A stretch of DNA of 64,000 nucleotides from Thecamonas trahens ATCC 50062 (taxonomy: Eukaryota > Protista > Apusomonadida). The position numbers were made by a program, and so were the translations under genes. Location: assembly GCF_000142905.1 (NCBI RefSeq), contig NW_013657659.1:269458-333457 (forward strand). The letters are read 5' to 3'. Under the pieces are notes generated by a model. The model was not told where the DNA came from and did not search any database. It saw only the letters and a program-made list of their open reading frames with translations. Of the stretch, positions 21,572 through 33,838 are shown one piece after another; position 1 is the stretch's first letter; every line of letters starts with the position of its first letter.

Positions 21572-23726
21572 ATGGCAACAACGGCCGCCACCCCACAGTC
21601 CCAGATGGAGGCATTCCATGCCGAGCTCGATGCGCAGAAGCTGCTCCGTCTCCGGTTCCTGCTCCACAAGACGCAGCTGTACTCGACCTTCCTGGCCTCC
21701 AAGCTGGTAGCGCCGGTGGTGACAGCGATGGGCGGCGCGGCGGCAGACGAGGCCAGGCCCCGGCCGGCGACAGAGACCAACCCCACGGCAGGTCCAGCCA
21801 CATCCAAGAAGCGGACCCGTGCCCAGCGTGTGCTGCAGACGTCGCTAGCCCACCTACAGCCAAGCGCGCCAAGGGGCTGGGCGGCGTGTCCCGGGTAGAT
21901 TCTACAGGCAAGTTGGGCAAGACGGGCAAGTCGGGCGAGTCGTGCCAATCGGGCGAGTCGAGCGAGTTGGGCGAGTCGAGCAGCTCAAAGTCGGTGGCTG
22001 CTGTCGGCGCTGCGCCGCGGCTGGCGCCTCCGCCGACCTTTCGTGGATCGCTGCGTGGATACCAGGAGCAGGGCCTGCACTGGCTGGTCTCGCTCTACGA
22101 GAACGGGCTCAACGGAATCCTCGCCGACGAGATGGGCCTGGGCAAGACGGTGCAGACCATTGCGCTGCTGGCGCATCTTGCGCACCACGGCGTGCCTGGA
22201 CCGTTTCTGGTCGTCGTTCCGCTCTCGACCCTCTCCAACTGGATGCGCGAGCTCGCCCAGTTTGCTCCGGGTCTCTCTGTCCTGCGTCACCACGGTGAGA
22301 AGGAGGAGCGGGCGGCGGCGTATGCCAAGGCGCGGCGAAGCGGTGTTGATGTAGTGGTCACGACCTACGAGATTGCCATGCGCGACGCCAAGATCCTTAC
22401 TCGGGCGCCGTGGAAGTACCTGGTGGTCGACGAGGGCCATCGGCTCAAGAACATGAACTGCCTCCTGCTGCGCAAGCTCAAGGCTTTCCCGGCCGCCAAT
22501 CGCCTGCTGCTCACCGGGACGCCGCTGCAGAACTCGCTCGCCGAGCTCTGGTCACTGCTCAACTTTCTGCTCCCGGCACTCTTTGACGACGTCGACGCCT
22601 TTGAGGAGTGGTTCAACCTCGATCCCGAGGCTGGCCTCAACGATGCCACCCGCGACGTGCTCGCCAAGCTCCACGCCATCCTCGCTCCGTTCCTTCTCCG
22701 CCGCCTCAAGGCCGAGGTCGCCCTGGAACTGCCGGCCAAGTCTGAGGTCCTGGTGTACGCGCCGCTCTCGGCCGGCCAGGCTGAGCTGTATGCGTCCAAC
22801 GGTGACGCGCCGCGGCTCCGGGCGTTGCTGCAGGCTTCGGCCGCGAGCTCGCGGGCTGGCGAGCGCAAGAAGTTTACATCGCTCAACAATGCGTTCATGC
22901 AGCTGCGCAAGGTGACGAACCACCCCTACCTCCTCGACTACCCGCTCACTCCCGACGGCCAGCTGCACATCACCGAGGAGCTGGTGGCAGCATCGGGCAA
23001 GATGGTGGTCTTTGATGCACTCGTCACCGCGTTGGCCGCCGCCGGCCATCGCATTCTCGTTTTTCGCAGATGACCAAGATGCTTGACATTCTGCACGACT
23101 ACTGCTGGCTCCGCGGCCACGAGTTCCGCCGTATCGACGGCTCGGTCAAGCACGACGAGCGCGATGCGGCCATAGCCGACTTTAATGCGCCCAACTCGCG
23201 AGTCCACCTGTTTCTCATCTCGACCCGCGCCGGCGGCCTCGGCATCAACCTCACCTCGGCCGACACGGTCATCATCTTTGACTCGGACCTCAACCCGCAG
23301 ATGGACCTCCAGGCTCAGGACCGTTGCCATCGCATTGGCCAAGACAAGCCGGTGATCGTCTACCGCCTCTGCGCCGCAGACACTGTCGAGGCCACCATCC
23401 TCGAGCGCGCCGCTCGCAAGCGCCGCCTCGAGCGCCTTGTCATTGCCCAGGAGCGGTTCAAGGGCATCCGCGCCCGCGCTGCCGGCCCTCGCACCAATGG
23501 CGAGAACGGCGACGCAAGCAACACCCTGACCGCCACCGAGGATGACACGAGCACCACGGCCACCAGTGCCGGAGACAGCGACGCCGATGACGTCGAGAGC
23601 GAGAGCGGACCGCGGCTCGAGCACGAGACCCTTGCCGATGCCATCGCCGTCCTCGCGAACCGCGAGGCGGTCACGAGCCTGGAGGTTGGCAGCCACTCGG
23701 CGTACTTTCGGGTTGTCGACGACTAG
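21572..23726 (+). CDS. HELLS: SNF2-family chromatin remodeler, HELLS/LSH/DDM1 subfamily; frameshifts ~21845, ~23063
   Basis: N-terminal [78 protein letters not shown] and [22 protein letters not shown]. Confidence 0.88.
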
Positions 23727-23748
23727 TGAACGAGTCAAACGACGCTAG

Positions 23749-24381
23749 CTACTCGGTGGTGCTGGCAGCGGTGTCATCGTAGAGCCCACCGAGGGCCTTG
23801 ATGGGGATGCCACGGTTGACGCGGTCCATGTACGCATACAGCAGGTAGATGCAAGCGATGATGATGCCGAGGGTGACGGTCATGTGCACAGTGTGGGCGG
23901 TGGAGATCTTGAGTTTGACCTGCCTGTTCCCGTCTGCTGCGCCTACGGCCGCCCCACCGGATCGGTCGATGCCGACGTCCATGGCAGCCAGGAGAGCACG
24001 GAGCGGAGTGAGCACCTCGTTGAGCTGCAGAACCATGGCGCCCTCGGCGGTGGCCTCCACCCCGGAGCCGGACAGCTCGGCAGCGGCGGTACCTGCGGCA
24101 AAGAGCTCTTCCATGACGGCGACGACGTCGCGAACCAGCTCGACGCCCTGCGGACCATGGCGCGGGCGGACAAAGCCATCTGCCGCGAGCTCGCGGGTGT
24201 AGGCGCCGACAGCATCAACCACATCGCCCACCGGCGCCGTCATCACCGCCGCCACCCCAGCCGAGGGCTGGTAGGCGGCGACGGCCTTGCGGCCGGCCAC
24301 CACGGCCTTGGCCAGCGGTCGCAGCACGTGGGTCACCTCCACCGTTGCCTCTACTTGGGCCTTGCTCGGTTTGCCTGCCAT
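23749..24381 (-). CDS. Hypothetical protein with a single C-terminal transmembrane segment
   Basis: 210-aa ORF from MAGKPS with TM segment VTLGIIIACIYLLYAYM. Confidence 0.6.
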   Translation of the reverse strand: MAGKPSKAQVEATVEVTHVLRPLAKAVVAGRKAVAAYQPSAGVAAVMTAPVGDVVDAVGAYTRELAADGFVRPRHGPQGVELVRDVVAVMEELFAAGTAAAELSGSGVEATAEGAMVLQLNEVLTPLRALLAAMDVGIDRSGGAAVGAADGNRQVKLKISTAHTVHMTVTLGIIIACIYLLYAYMDRVNRGIPIKALGGLYDDTAASTTE

Positions 24382-24902
24382 GGTCGGGGTGAGGAGGGGT
24401 GTTGGTTGTGTCGGAGTGGTGGTGGGGGGTGGGGGGGGAGAGGGGTGCAGGCGGCGGGGGTTCGGACCCGGCCGAGACACTGGACGCATGCAGGCACCAA
24501 GGGAGCAAAGGGGGAGAGAGGNNNNNNNNNNNNNNNNNNNNNNNNNNNNNNNNNNNNNNNNNNNNNNNNNNNNNNNNNNNNNNNNNNNNNNNNNNNNNNN
24601 NNNNNNNNNNNNNNNNNNNNNGAGTCCTCTTTCGTTCGGTGAGGTGGGACACCGCCCCCCAAAAAGGTTCCAGCGTCAAGTGTTTCCGACGCCCATGAGA
24701 CCCGTGACCCATGCCCGCCCCAAGGAACAAAAAGGGAAAAAGGGAAAATGGGGGGGGGGGGGGGGGGAGGGGGAGGGCTTTTATATCGGGGCTTGTATGC
24801 CGTGATTGATACACGTCCATGTACAGAGGTGGGCGATAATGTGGAAGCAAGCGATGGTGGGCTTGCTGCCTGCTCAACGGCCTACGGGCTGCGGCACACG
24901 GC

Positions 24903-25847
24903 CTACAGCGTGGTGTTGTCGGGGTTGGCGGCTGCTGCACCGGCAGCACGGGCTTGCTCTGCGATTTGCCGCAGCAGATCGTCAGTCTCCATAGCGGTGG
25001 CAAGGCCGACGGGAGGGACGGCGGACTCTCCACCCGGGCGCGGCGGGCCACCTGGGCGCGGTGGGCCACCTGGGCGCGGCGGGCCACCAGGGCGCGGCGG
25101 GCCACCTGGGCGCGGCGGGCCATCGGGATGCGGCGGGCCACCTGGGCGCGGCGGGCCAGGCGTCGTCGGCGAAGAGCGGCGGGCCGGCGGGCGGCGCGGA
25201 GCCGGTGCGCCAGACAGTGCAGAGGTGCCTGTTGCTGGCAATCCGAGGGCGGGCGAGCCCAGGCCTGACGAGGCTGCGGCGGTCGGGGTGCCTGCGGCCG
25301 ACTGGGCGATGAGGCGCAGAATCTCGTCAGTCTCGCCCATGGTCTGCAGGCCGTAGTTCTCACCGGGTGCGGCGGTGGGGCGTGGCGGGCCTGCAGTGGG
25401 CTTGGGCGGGCCAGTCAGCGCGGCAATGTCAACAGTGTCGTCGTCGTCAAAGATGCCCGAGGTCAACTCGTCGACGGTGGCCATGACCTCAGACTGGTCG
25501 ACGGTCGGTGGCACCGCAAGGGTGCTGTCGGCAGCAGGCGCAGCAGGATCGGCAAGCACCGTTACTATGTCCAGCTCGATCTCCTCGGGCGCCACCGGGC
25601 GCGAGTTCGGTCTTGATGGTCTCGGCGGCGGAACTGGCGCCACCGGGCTCTTCCCGCCCTGGTCGCTCTTGTGAGCATCTCCTGCTGTGTCTTCTGTAGC
25701 CAGCGGAGCAGCAGTTTGCTCCGACTGTGGGCTGCGTGCGTCGGCGGGGCTATCCGTGGCGCCTGGCTGCGCCTGTTGCGGCTGGGCAGCCGAAGCCTCT
25801 GCCTGCTGCGGCGGTGGCTCGTCCTCCTTGGAGCCTCCGCAGCCCAT
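24903..25847 (-). CDS. Putative dually acylated (MGCGGSK) proline-rich disordered protein
   Basis: Gly2/Cys3 myristoylation-palmitoylation motif and (PPRPGG) repeats at ~25033-25158. Confidence 0.7.
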   Translation of the reverse strand: MGCGGSKEDEPPPQQAEASAAQPQQAQPGATDSPADARSPQSEQTAAPLATEDTAGDAHKSDQGGKSPVAPVPPPRPSRPNSRPVAPEEIELDIVTVLADPAAPAADSTLAVPPTVDQSEVMATVDELTSGIFDDDDTVDIAALTGPPKPTAGPPRPTAAPGENYGLQTMGETDEILRLIAQSAAGTPTAAASSGLGSPALGLPATGTSALSGAPAPRRPPARRSSPTTPGPPRPGGPPHPDGPPRPGGPPRPGGPPRPGGPPRPGGPPRPGGESAVPPVGLATAMETDDLLRQIAEQARAAGAAAANPDNTTL

Positions 25848-25861
25848 GCTGAGAGAGAGTG

Positions 25862-26165
25862 TGTGGTGGTGGTGGTGGTGGTGGTGGTGGTGGTGGTGGT
25901 AGTGGTGGTGGTGGTGGTGGTGGTGGTGGTGGTGGTGGTGTGGTGGTGGTGGTCAGGCGTGTGTGTGGGTGTGGGGTGTGTGTGTGCGGCGTGGGTGTGT
26001 ATGGGGTGTATGGTGTGTGTGTGTGTGTGTGTGTTGGGTGTGTGTGTGGGGTGTGTGTGGGAAGAGGTAGAGTGCAGTGGTGCTCCTCCACCTCCTCTCC
26101 CTCCCCTCCCCCTCCCCTTCTCCCTCCTCCACTGCCCCCCTCCCCCCTCCCCCTCCCCCTCCCTC
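25862..26165. repeat. Microsatellite block: (GGT)n, degenerate (GT)n, then a C-rich tract
   Basis: Directly visible, intergenic. Confidence 0.9.
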
Positions 26166-26280
26166 TCAACATGCGATGCAACCTGTCGGCAATTTCGGTG
26201 AAGAAAATTGCCGTGGTCACAGATGCCGCCACCCACCGCCACGCACTCACGCTTCCCCTGTCCTGTTCTTGGGGTACATG

Positions 26281-27434
26281 TTAGAATTTGACGATTTGGA
26301 TGGCATTGCCGTTGTGGCCGGTTGAGCCGAGGAGCACGCCGCCGACCACGATGTGGGTGGCGATGCCGGACTCGTCCCGGATGACGGTACACGAGTGCAT
26401 GGCCTTGCTATCGTACTTGTGGACGTCAGGTGAGAGGACCGAGAACTCTGGCGGCGAGCTAGCGTCGGACGAAGTGATGGAGACCCAAACGTTGCTGGCG
26501 AGGGTGACAACCCATCCGGGTGCGACGTCGCAGGCGAGCTCCGAGAGCTCGCCCTGGTTCTTGGGGATGTGGACAAACGGGCCGGACTTGACGAAAGGGG
26601 TCCGGTGGTGGTCGAGGACCGGGACGATGGACGTGCCATTGGTTGAGATGAAGAGCGGCGTGTTGTCCTTGGTCCGCGCAATATGGAACGGCCAGCCGGC
26701 GCCGGTGTCGAGCGGCACCACCGAGAGCTGCTCATTTGGGGCCGGCGGGAGGGCGAGGGCGAGGGCGAACCCGTTGTGGGCGCCGACATCGCGATCGGAC
26801 GAGGCGCTAAAGAGCGCCAAATCATCAGAGAACAGAATGCCTGAGAGCGGCTCGACCTCAGTGTGCGAGTAAGGCAGTTCGAACGTCCGCCCGGCTTGCC
26901 AGGTCCGCACGTCGACGGCCACAACGGAGGCATCTCCGGTGAGGTACAGAGTGTGACGGGCGGCGTCGAGCACGTACCCACCACCCATACTCGGCGGAAT
27001 AACGTCCGAGGCGTTGAACACCATGCCCGTGACGACAATGCCATGAGTGGCGTTGACGCGGTCGATGGCAACACCCCAATGACCGACGACTCGGTAAAGA
27101 CGAGGGTGGATGGACCTGGGCCCGGGCCAGGGCGTGAGCCAGGTGGAGACGGCAGCGAGTAGAAGGGTTTGAGCGACCAGAAGGGGACGTCAAAGCTAAG
27201 GATGCCCGTGGCGGCCAAAGCCGGGCTCGGGCCGGTCATGTCCACGCCGTACACCTGGCCGGCCATGTCGGTTGCCACCAAGTACTCTCCGCCAGGCTGC
27301 AGGGAGAGGGTGCTGACGCCCAGGCCAAGGATCGGCGTTGGCGGGAGCAGCACCGTGGTGACCTCGACTGCAGGCACAGGCAGCGCCAGGACGATTAGAG
27401 CTGCAAGAGCCAGCAGAGCCGTGGCGGGGCGCAT
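26281..27434 (-). CDS. Secreted beta-rich hypothetical protein; frameshift ~27040
   Basis: Signal peptide MRPATALLALAALIVLALPVPA; the reading continues in ORF 26281..27024. No family recognised. Confidence 0.6.
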
Positions 27435-28031
27435 TCTGGAGGGGAGGTTGTGGAGAGGTTGTGGAGAGGAGTGCGGGGGGAAAGGGGGGGGGGAGTGGGA
27501 GTGGGGAGGGAGTGGGGAGAGTGGGGGGGGGNNNNNNNNNNNNNNNNNNNNNNNNNNNNNNNNNNNNNNNNNNNNNNNNNNNNNNNNNNNNNNNNNNNNN
27601 NNNNNNNNNNNNNNNNNNNNNNNNNNNNNNNNNNNNNNNNNNNNNNNNNNNNNNNNNNNNNNNNNNNNNNNNNNNNNNNNNNNNNNNNNNNNNNNNNNNN
27701 NNNNNNNNNNNNNNNNNNNNNNNNNNNNNNNNNNNNNNNNNNNNNNNNNNNNNNNNNNNNNNNNNNNNNNNNNNNNNNNNNNNNNNNNNNNNNNNNNNNN
27801 NNNCGTCGTCTCTCCTCCTCCCCTCCCCCTCCCCCCACCCCCCTCCCCCCCCCCATTTCCTGCGGTTATTCGTGCTGCACTTGGTCCGTCGCTTATTCCG
27901 CACGTGACATTTCATGGAAATTTTCAGCCTACGCAAGCGGGGCCTGCCTGCTACCCATGGCTGGGATGGGGCAGAGGGGCGGTGGGCAACTATGAGATCG
28001 GTGCGGCATACGGCTACGGCAACTCTCAAAC

Positions 28032-29986
28032 TTACTCTTGCTTCATCAACTTGACCGGCTGGAGTGGGAGTGGGGCGGCCTGGACGCCGACGGTGGCAAG
28101 GATGCGCTGCATCTCGAGGACCAGGCGGGTCTTGGGCCCAAGGTATGCGTCTGGGCGAGCCCAGTTGACGCCGCGGAGTCCGATCCAGACCGAGACGGTG
28201 ATCTGGCCGTTGACCACGGGATCGGCCCACATCATAAAGTTGTCCTCGACATCCCACGGCACGGATGCGTCGTCGGCCATGAACGCCACGACCTCATCCT
28301 CGAGCCGATGGAAGACCTCGGGCGTCATTGCGTCCTGCGCAACGGCGACGCCTGCAGTCATGGCGTACTCGCGCGAGCGCTTGTACGAGGTGATGATCGA
28401 GGAGAATGCGAGCTTGGCGTTGGGAATGAGAAAGTGCCGTCCGTCGGGCGAGAACGCCTCGGTGGTGAGCAAGTGGATGGCCGAGACGATGAGCGTCGGC
28501 ATGCCGTCGAGGGTGATGCGGTCGCCGACCGCATACGGACGGACCACAAAGATTAGGATAAAACCCGACCACGCGGCCTGTGCTGTCGAGCCAAAGACAA
28601 AGGCGAGGCCGATGAACGAGGTCGAGACCGGGAGGATGTAAGAGACGACGTTGAATTCGAAAAGATAAAGGTGCCCAGAACCGCGAGGAACCAAAAGAGC
28701 ACACCGGTGAACCGGTGCAAGACGACAGAGAGCGCACCGCGATCGTGCAGCATGCGGTACATCGACTCGCGCTTGTTAAAGACTGCAAAGATGGCCGAGA
28801 CCGCGTCGTCGTGGCTCACTCGCACACGCCCCAAGTTGGCACCGGGCGCCGCGAAGATCTGCATCGCCCGCCGCGCCCTACGTCGCGAGCCGAGCGCAGC
28901 GTCGACGTCATCAAGCGTAAAAAAGCCCTTGCTCTCGGTGTCGACGTTGGTGAGGATGTCCGTCGCCCGCGCCACCGACGCCGCCCGCTTCTCATCGGCG
29001 TCGAGCACGTGGGTATCACCGCCGAGCGCCTGCCCCAGCAACGCGTACAGTGTCTTGCGGAGCGAATGGGTGTGCGGCTCCTCTGGCGGCGTCACCCACA
29101 GGTCGCTGGCCTCTGGGCGACACCAGGTTAGCTTGCACACGAGCTCTTCGTCCTTGACCAGCCTCGCCAGCTCCTTGCCAAACAGATCGGCGTGGATCCG
29201 CTCCAGCCACACCCGCTCGCAGGCGTACTTAACAATGTTGAGGACAAAGACGACCAAGACAGCGACAAGAACCTTGGCTGAGGTCGAAAGGTCTCCGCCA
29301 TGATGTGCCCGGCTCGACGCAGGCTCGGCGTACGCCGCCACGGCCAGCGAGATCCCGGCCCACACCACGCACGTCATTGCCCGCTGCGTTCCCTCCACCA
29401 GGTAGAACCAAAAGTAGAGGAAGCACCGCTGTGCCGCGCATCGGTGGAGATACTCGACTATGCCGCGGATGACGACCCATCCCGCGAGCTCCGCTGCCCA
29501 GAACCACAGATACGCCTCAGTATCGCTCGAGTACGCTGCGGCTCCGCTCGCCGTCTGGCGCCGGGTCGACACCACCACACCGGCCAGCGCCACCACCATC
29601 ATCGCTAGCGCCACCACCACCACCATCGGTGACGCCATGGGCATCGGCTTCAGCTCAGCGTAGTTATCGCTCTCCTCGTGCTCATCGACCGCCTCGCCCT
29701 GCCGCCGGTTTAGCCGCAGTGGAATGCCCAGCACCGGCACCGATGGCTCGGCGTTCTCCATCCTCCGGATCGGCGACATCCGCCGCAGGCTCGGCCACAC
29801 CCGCTCACTCGGCGGTCGCCACCCACCGCGTGCCTGCCCGCGCCTCGCTCCCTCCCGCTCACCGTGCCGGCTGGTGTCCAGCGCCGTCCGCGTCCGCCCT
29901 CGGCTCACCACCGCTCCGCCCCGCGGACCCGTTGCGTTGACGGACGGCTCCGACTCGCCGAGCAGCGGTGTAGCTTCGCCGCTCAT
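28032..29986 (-). CDS. MscS-like mechanosensitive channel (eukaryotic MSL type with EF-hand-like motif); frameshift ~28660
   Basis: Several TM helices, EF-like DTESKGFFTLDD and MscS core FVFGSTAQ...FILIFVVRPYAVGDRI...IHLLTT...IPNAKL...ITSYKRS. An alternative start lies at 30118. Confidence 0.85.
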
Positions 29987-30139
29987 AACCACACTGGGTG
30001 TAGCCGAGCAGAGGAGCTGAGTGGAGGGAGCTGGACCGAGGTCGGGAGTGTGTGTTGGCGTCCCGACAGGGGCCAGAGTTGACGGGGCTACGGACACAAT
30101 GGCGGGGAGAGTGTCCATTTCGCGACAGCCCATTGACAG

Positions 30140-33100
30140 CTAGGCTCTCTTTCTTTGCGCTTGGCGGCGCTGCTGCGGTCGATCGCCATCGTTGTCATCG
30201 TCAACGACAAAGCCTCCTGCAGACGCACTACGACTACCACCCGAGGATGGGGATGTTGGCGAAAACCACTTGGAGAGGCTCCGAGCGCCTGCCTTGGAGA
30301 GCAGGTGATTGTGCTCGCCGCAGCCTGGGCGGTGGACGCACCGCGGACAGCCCGACTTGCATGGACACGAGGCCAGGACCTTGGCGGCGGCGGCCCATAG
30401 CTGTTCCAGGGCCTCGTAGAGCGTCGGGGCAATGCCGATGCCGCCCGGTATGGCGTCAAACATCATGATCCGCGGCGCGTGGGCCGAGAGCAGCGAGCGG
30501 TCACAGAGCGTGCCGCCGATGTCCTTGCGGTCGATGGTGCAAAAGAGCGGCGCAAGCGAGAGGCAGAGATGCTCGTAGGCGTGGATGGCTTCGTGAACGT
30601 TGATGTCGGCGGCCTCGAGCTCGGCAATGGCCGACGCCGGAATGGTGAACCAGACGACGGTGGTGGCGTAGACGGTCGGCGGCAGCGGCGGGAGGACCTT
30701 GATCTTGTCAAAGACCACGGTTGTTGCCTTCCACCGCTTGCGGATGTAGTTGACGTACATGGTGACGTCGGCCGGGCCCCAGCCGGCCTTGACTGTCTCA
30801 GTCCCGACTGCCATCATCTTTCGCGCGACCGGCGCGTGGTCGCGCGCCGCCTTGTGGTCTACAGCCTCGGTGTAGTAGTCGACATCGGCCGGGGTGATCC
30901 ACGCACACGAGTTGAGCGCGTCGAACCGCGTCACGATGTGCGACGCGCCCTCCGACAGGTACACCGCGTCTGGATACACGCGCATGATGGCGTCGAATGA
31001 ATCAAGCACCTCGACCGTCTCGCCGCTCGCCGTGTTGATGACACGAAAGTCGGCTCCGGTGTACGACCGGATCGAGAACGCGCGCTGCGGCTCACTCTCG
31101 TGACCCGAGTACTCTACAATTGCGCGGCCGGCGGTCACAATCGGCTGGCTAGCACTGCCATCGGCGATCAGAGCTGCCAGCGCCGCTGCGTACGGCTCGC
31201 GCGAAAAGAGCATCGTGTCTGCGTTGTCTACGGCCGGCGCGCCCTCTGCCGGGTGTGCGACACCGGCCAGTACCACTCCGTGTGCCTGCAGCTCGTGGTG
31301 CAGGCCTGCAGCGTCGAGCCCGAGCTCTGCCGCCGCGCATGCAAGGTGGAGCTTGAGTAGCGTGGCGTTTGTCGGATTGAGAACAAGCTCCTCGAGCTCG
31401 TCGTGGAGCAGCGCTGACGGATTTGCCGCATAATATTGGTTGTACGGATCGGAGAACGGGAGAAAGACACCGAGGGCATCGGTGGCGTTACGTCCGGCTC
31501 GGCCCATCTGCTGCCGGAGGCTGGCCACCGAGCCCGGAATGCCGACGGTCAGCGTTGCCGACAGCGTCCCAATGTCAACGCCGAGCTCGAGCGCATTGGT
31601 TGCGGTCACTCCGAGAAGCTCGCCGCGGAAGAGCTGGCTCTCCAGCTGCCGCCGCCGGCCGGGAAGAAAGCCTGCGCGGTAGACATCGATAACCTTGTCA
31701 AGACCCTCGTCTGCAAGGAGCTCGCGCGCCTGCATTAGTGCGAGCTCTGCGGCCTTCCGCGAGTCGATGAACGAGATGACCGGCAGCCCGTGGCGGACAA
31801 GCTCGGCAAAGAGAAAGGCAGCCTCCTTGAACGGCGAGCCAACCGCCGACACGTTGCCGGCCCCGGCCGCCGCCCGCGCCGCCGCCGCCGCCGCCGCATC
31901 CCACACCGCAAACGTTCGCTCGCCGCGCGGCGCACCGTCAGCGGTGACCGCAACAAAGGGAAGTGGGACAAGAGCCTGGGCGTGCGCCTGCGGGTTGGCA
32001 ATTGTTGCCGAGCACATGATGAACTGCGGGTCGGGTGCGCCAGGCGCGTGATGGCGGAAGACCCGCAGGAGCCGCCGGAGAATGAGCGCCACGTGCGAGC
32101 CGAGAACCCCGTGGTAGTAGTGAGCCTCGTCAAGGACCACATACTTGAGTCGCGCAAAGAATGAAGCCCACAAATCGTGGTGCCCGAGGAGCGAGGCATG
32201 TATCATGTCCGGATTAGTGAGAATGACCGAGGCCTTGGTGCGGAGGCCCGGTCGGAGCTTGCGCGAAGTGTCGGCGTCGTACGTGTCGACAACAACGTTG
32301 TCGAGGCCAGAGGCGACAAGTGACTCGCTCGCCAGCAGCTGGCGGATCGACCGCAGCTGATCTTGGGCCAGCGCCTTGGTCGGATAGATGTACAGGGCAG
32401 CCGGCTCGCGTCCACCGGCGGCGTCGAGCAGGCCGGTCACGACAGGAGCGTGGAAAATGAGCGACTTGCCAGAGTCAGTTGCCGTGGTCACAATCACGTT
32501 GCGCCCGTCGCGCATCAGCGCCTGCAGCGCCAGCGCTTGGTGCGAGTACAGCGACTCGATGCCGGAGAGCGAGTACGCGTTGATGAGCGCTGTCCCAAGC
32601 CGCACGCCCATCTCGGTCTCGGCGCGTGAAAATGAGACCAGCGACGCTGCCACCGGCGGCTGGACCTCGCTGTACGTCAGCTGGCCCGAATACACCGTGG
32701 CCTCTTGGACGTGCGCCATAAACTCACGGATGGTGAGATCTTTCGGCCCGAGCTTGCACCCCAGCCGCTCGTGAACAATGTCCGAGGCTAGGGCGGCGAC
32801 AGCAGTGTGCGGCGAGACGACAAGGCCCTTGGCGGCCATCTCGCGAGCGACAGCAATGCCGCGGAGCAGGTCTGCGTGCTCGAGCCCAGGCCGTGCCTCC
32901 GAGCTCTTGGCCTCGTACGGCAGCATGTCTCTGAAGAGGGCCGGAAGGAGGGCGGCAAAGGCCGGATGCCATGAGCGGTGCCTCGCCACGTACGCAAACG
33001 AGATGGCCTTTGCCTCGGCCGGCTTGGCCTCGAGCACCGGGTCGAGGCTGATCAGCAGGGCGCCGTGAGCGGCGTGGACCGATCGAAGCATGGCAGCTTG

Positions 33101-33820
33101 CAGATCGTCGACACCACGACCAAGCGTGACCGCGCGTGACCTGCCGCTCGACCCAGCCTGCGAGCCAAAGATGAGCTCGACGCCCGGCACCTTGCCGTTG
33201 CCGCTCGCCGAGCCTGGGTCGTGGACCTCGCGCGGGGCGAGCCGGATGACCTGCGGCGCATGCGCCGCCCACGCCACCACGTGTTGAGGGCGGAGGATGA
33301 CCTGCCCGTTCGACGAGTCGCGTACCATGGCGGCGATCCGTGAAAAGGTCGGCCGGAGCTTGAGCTTGCTGCACGCCTCGGCCGTCACCCGTGCCGCCAC
33401 GTACACCTCGCACAGCTCGCGGTACGCCGGCGGCAGCGGGAGCGAACTCCCCTTCTTCCCACTTTGGCCTCCACAAACCACCACATCCATGTTCACTGCC
33501 CTTGCAGCCTCTCCCTCCCCGCCGCCGCGAGGTTCCTCCTCTTCCAGCAACGCCTCGACTGCCGCCCGCGACCGCGTCGTGTCGGTTCTGACCGGGCGGT
33601 CGTCCAAAAAGGTCGTGGTTGGGAGATGCCTTGCACGCTTCCGGGCCGGCGACGGGCGCGCCTCCTCGCCGGCACCGCCAGCGCTCGACGCTGTCTCTGT
33701 ACCTGTGCCCTCGCCCTCGACGGCTGCCCCTCTCCTGCCCCTTTTCCGCTTCCGTGAGTCCAGCAGCCGCCGAGGCCGCGCCGCCGGCACCGGCACCAGC
33801 CCATCGTCATCGTCGTCCAT
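30140..33820 (-). CDS. HRQ1: Hrq1/RecQ4-like DEAH-box DNA helicase with C-terminal Zn-binding DUF1998-type domain
   Basis: LYSHQ, TATDSGKS, YIYPTKALAQDQ, LTNPDMIH, LDEAH, SATIANP, ATNALELGVDIG, QQMGRAGR and FDAIPGGIG...CPCKSGCPRC. Confidence 0.9.
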   Translation of the reverse strand: MDDDDDGLVPVPAARPRRLLDSRKRKRGRRGAAVEGEGTGTETASSAGGAGEEARPSPARKRARHLPTTTFLDDRPVRTDTTRSRAAVEALLEEEEPRGGGEGEAARAVNMDVVVCGGQSGKKGSSLPLPPAYRELCEVYVAARVTAEACSKLKLRPTFSRIAAMVRDSSNGQVILRPQHVVAWAAHAPQVIRLAPREVHDPGSASGNGKVPGVELIFGSQAGSSGRSRAVTLGRGVDDLQAAMLRSVHAAHGALLISLDPVLEAKPAEAKAISFAYVARHRSWHPAFAALLPALFRDMLPYEAKSSEARPGLEHADLLRGIAVAREMAAKGLVVSPHTAVAALASDIVHERLGCKLGPKDLTIREFMAHVQEATVYSGQLTYSEVQPPVAASLVSFSRAETEMGVRLGTALINAYSLSGIESLYSHQALALQALMRDGRNVIVTTATDSGKSLIFHAPVVTGLLDAAGGREPAALYIYPTKALAQDQLRSIRQLLASESLVASGLDNVVVDTYDADTSRKLRPGLRTKASVILTNPDMIHASLLGHHDLWASFFARLKYVVLDEAHYYHGVLGSHVALILRRLLRVFRHHAPGAPDPQFIMCSATIANPQAHAQALVPLPFVAVTADGAPRGERTFAVWDAAAAAAARAAAGAGNVSAVGSPFKEAAFLFAELVRHGLPVISFIDSRKAAELALMQARELLADEGLDKVIDVYRAGFLPGRRRQLESQLFRGELLGVTATNALELGVDIGTLSATLTVGIPGSVASLRQQMGRAGRNATDALGVFLPFSDPYNQYYAANPSALLHDELEELVLNPTNATLLKLHLACAAAELGLDAAGLHHELQAHGVVLAGVAHPAEGAPAVDNADTMLFSREPYAAALAALIADGSASQPIVTAGRAIVEYSGHESEPQRAFSIRSYTGADFRVINTASGETVEVLDSFDAIMRVYPDAVYLSEGASHIVTRFDALNSCAWITPADVDYYTEAVDHKAARDHAPVARKMMAVGTETVKAGWGPADVTMYVNYIRKRWKATTVVFDKIKVLPPLPPTVYATTVVWFTIPASAIAELEAADINVHEAIHAYEHLCLSLAPLFCTIDRKDIGGTLCDRSLLSAHAPRIMMFDAIPGGIGIAPTLYEALEQLWAAAAKVLASCPCKSGCPRCVHRPGCGEHNHLLSKAGARSLSKWFSPTSPSSGGSRSASAGGFVVDDDNDGDRPQQRRQAQRKRA

Positions 33821-33838
33821 TGGCAGCCACCGAAGCGA

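Noticed and set aside
19240-23073. 1277-aa ORF that looks like a RING E3-SNF2 helicase fusion
   Set aside because: Artifact of two frameshifts. The E3 finishes in another frame (stop at 21407), HELLS has its own conserved N-terminus from 21572, and the linking translation is off-frame.
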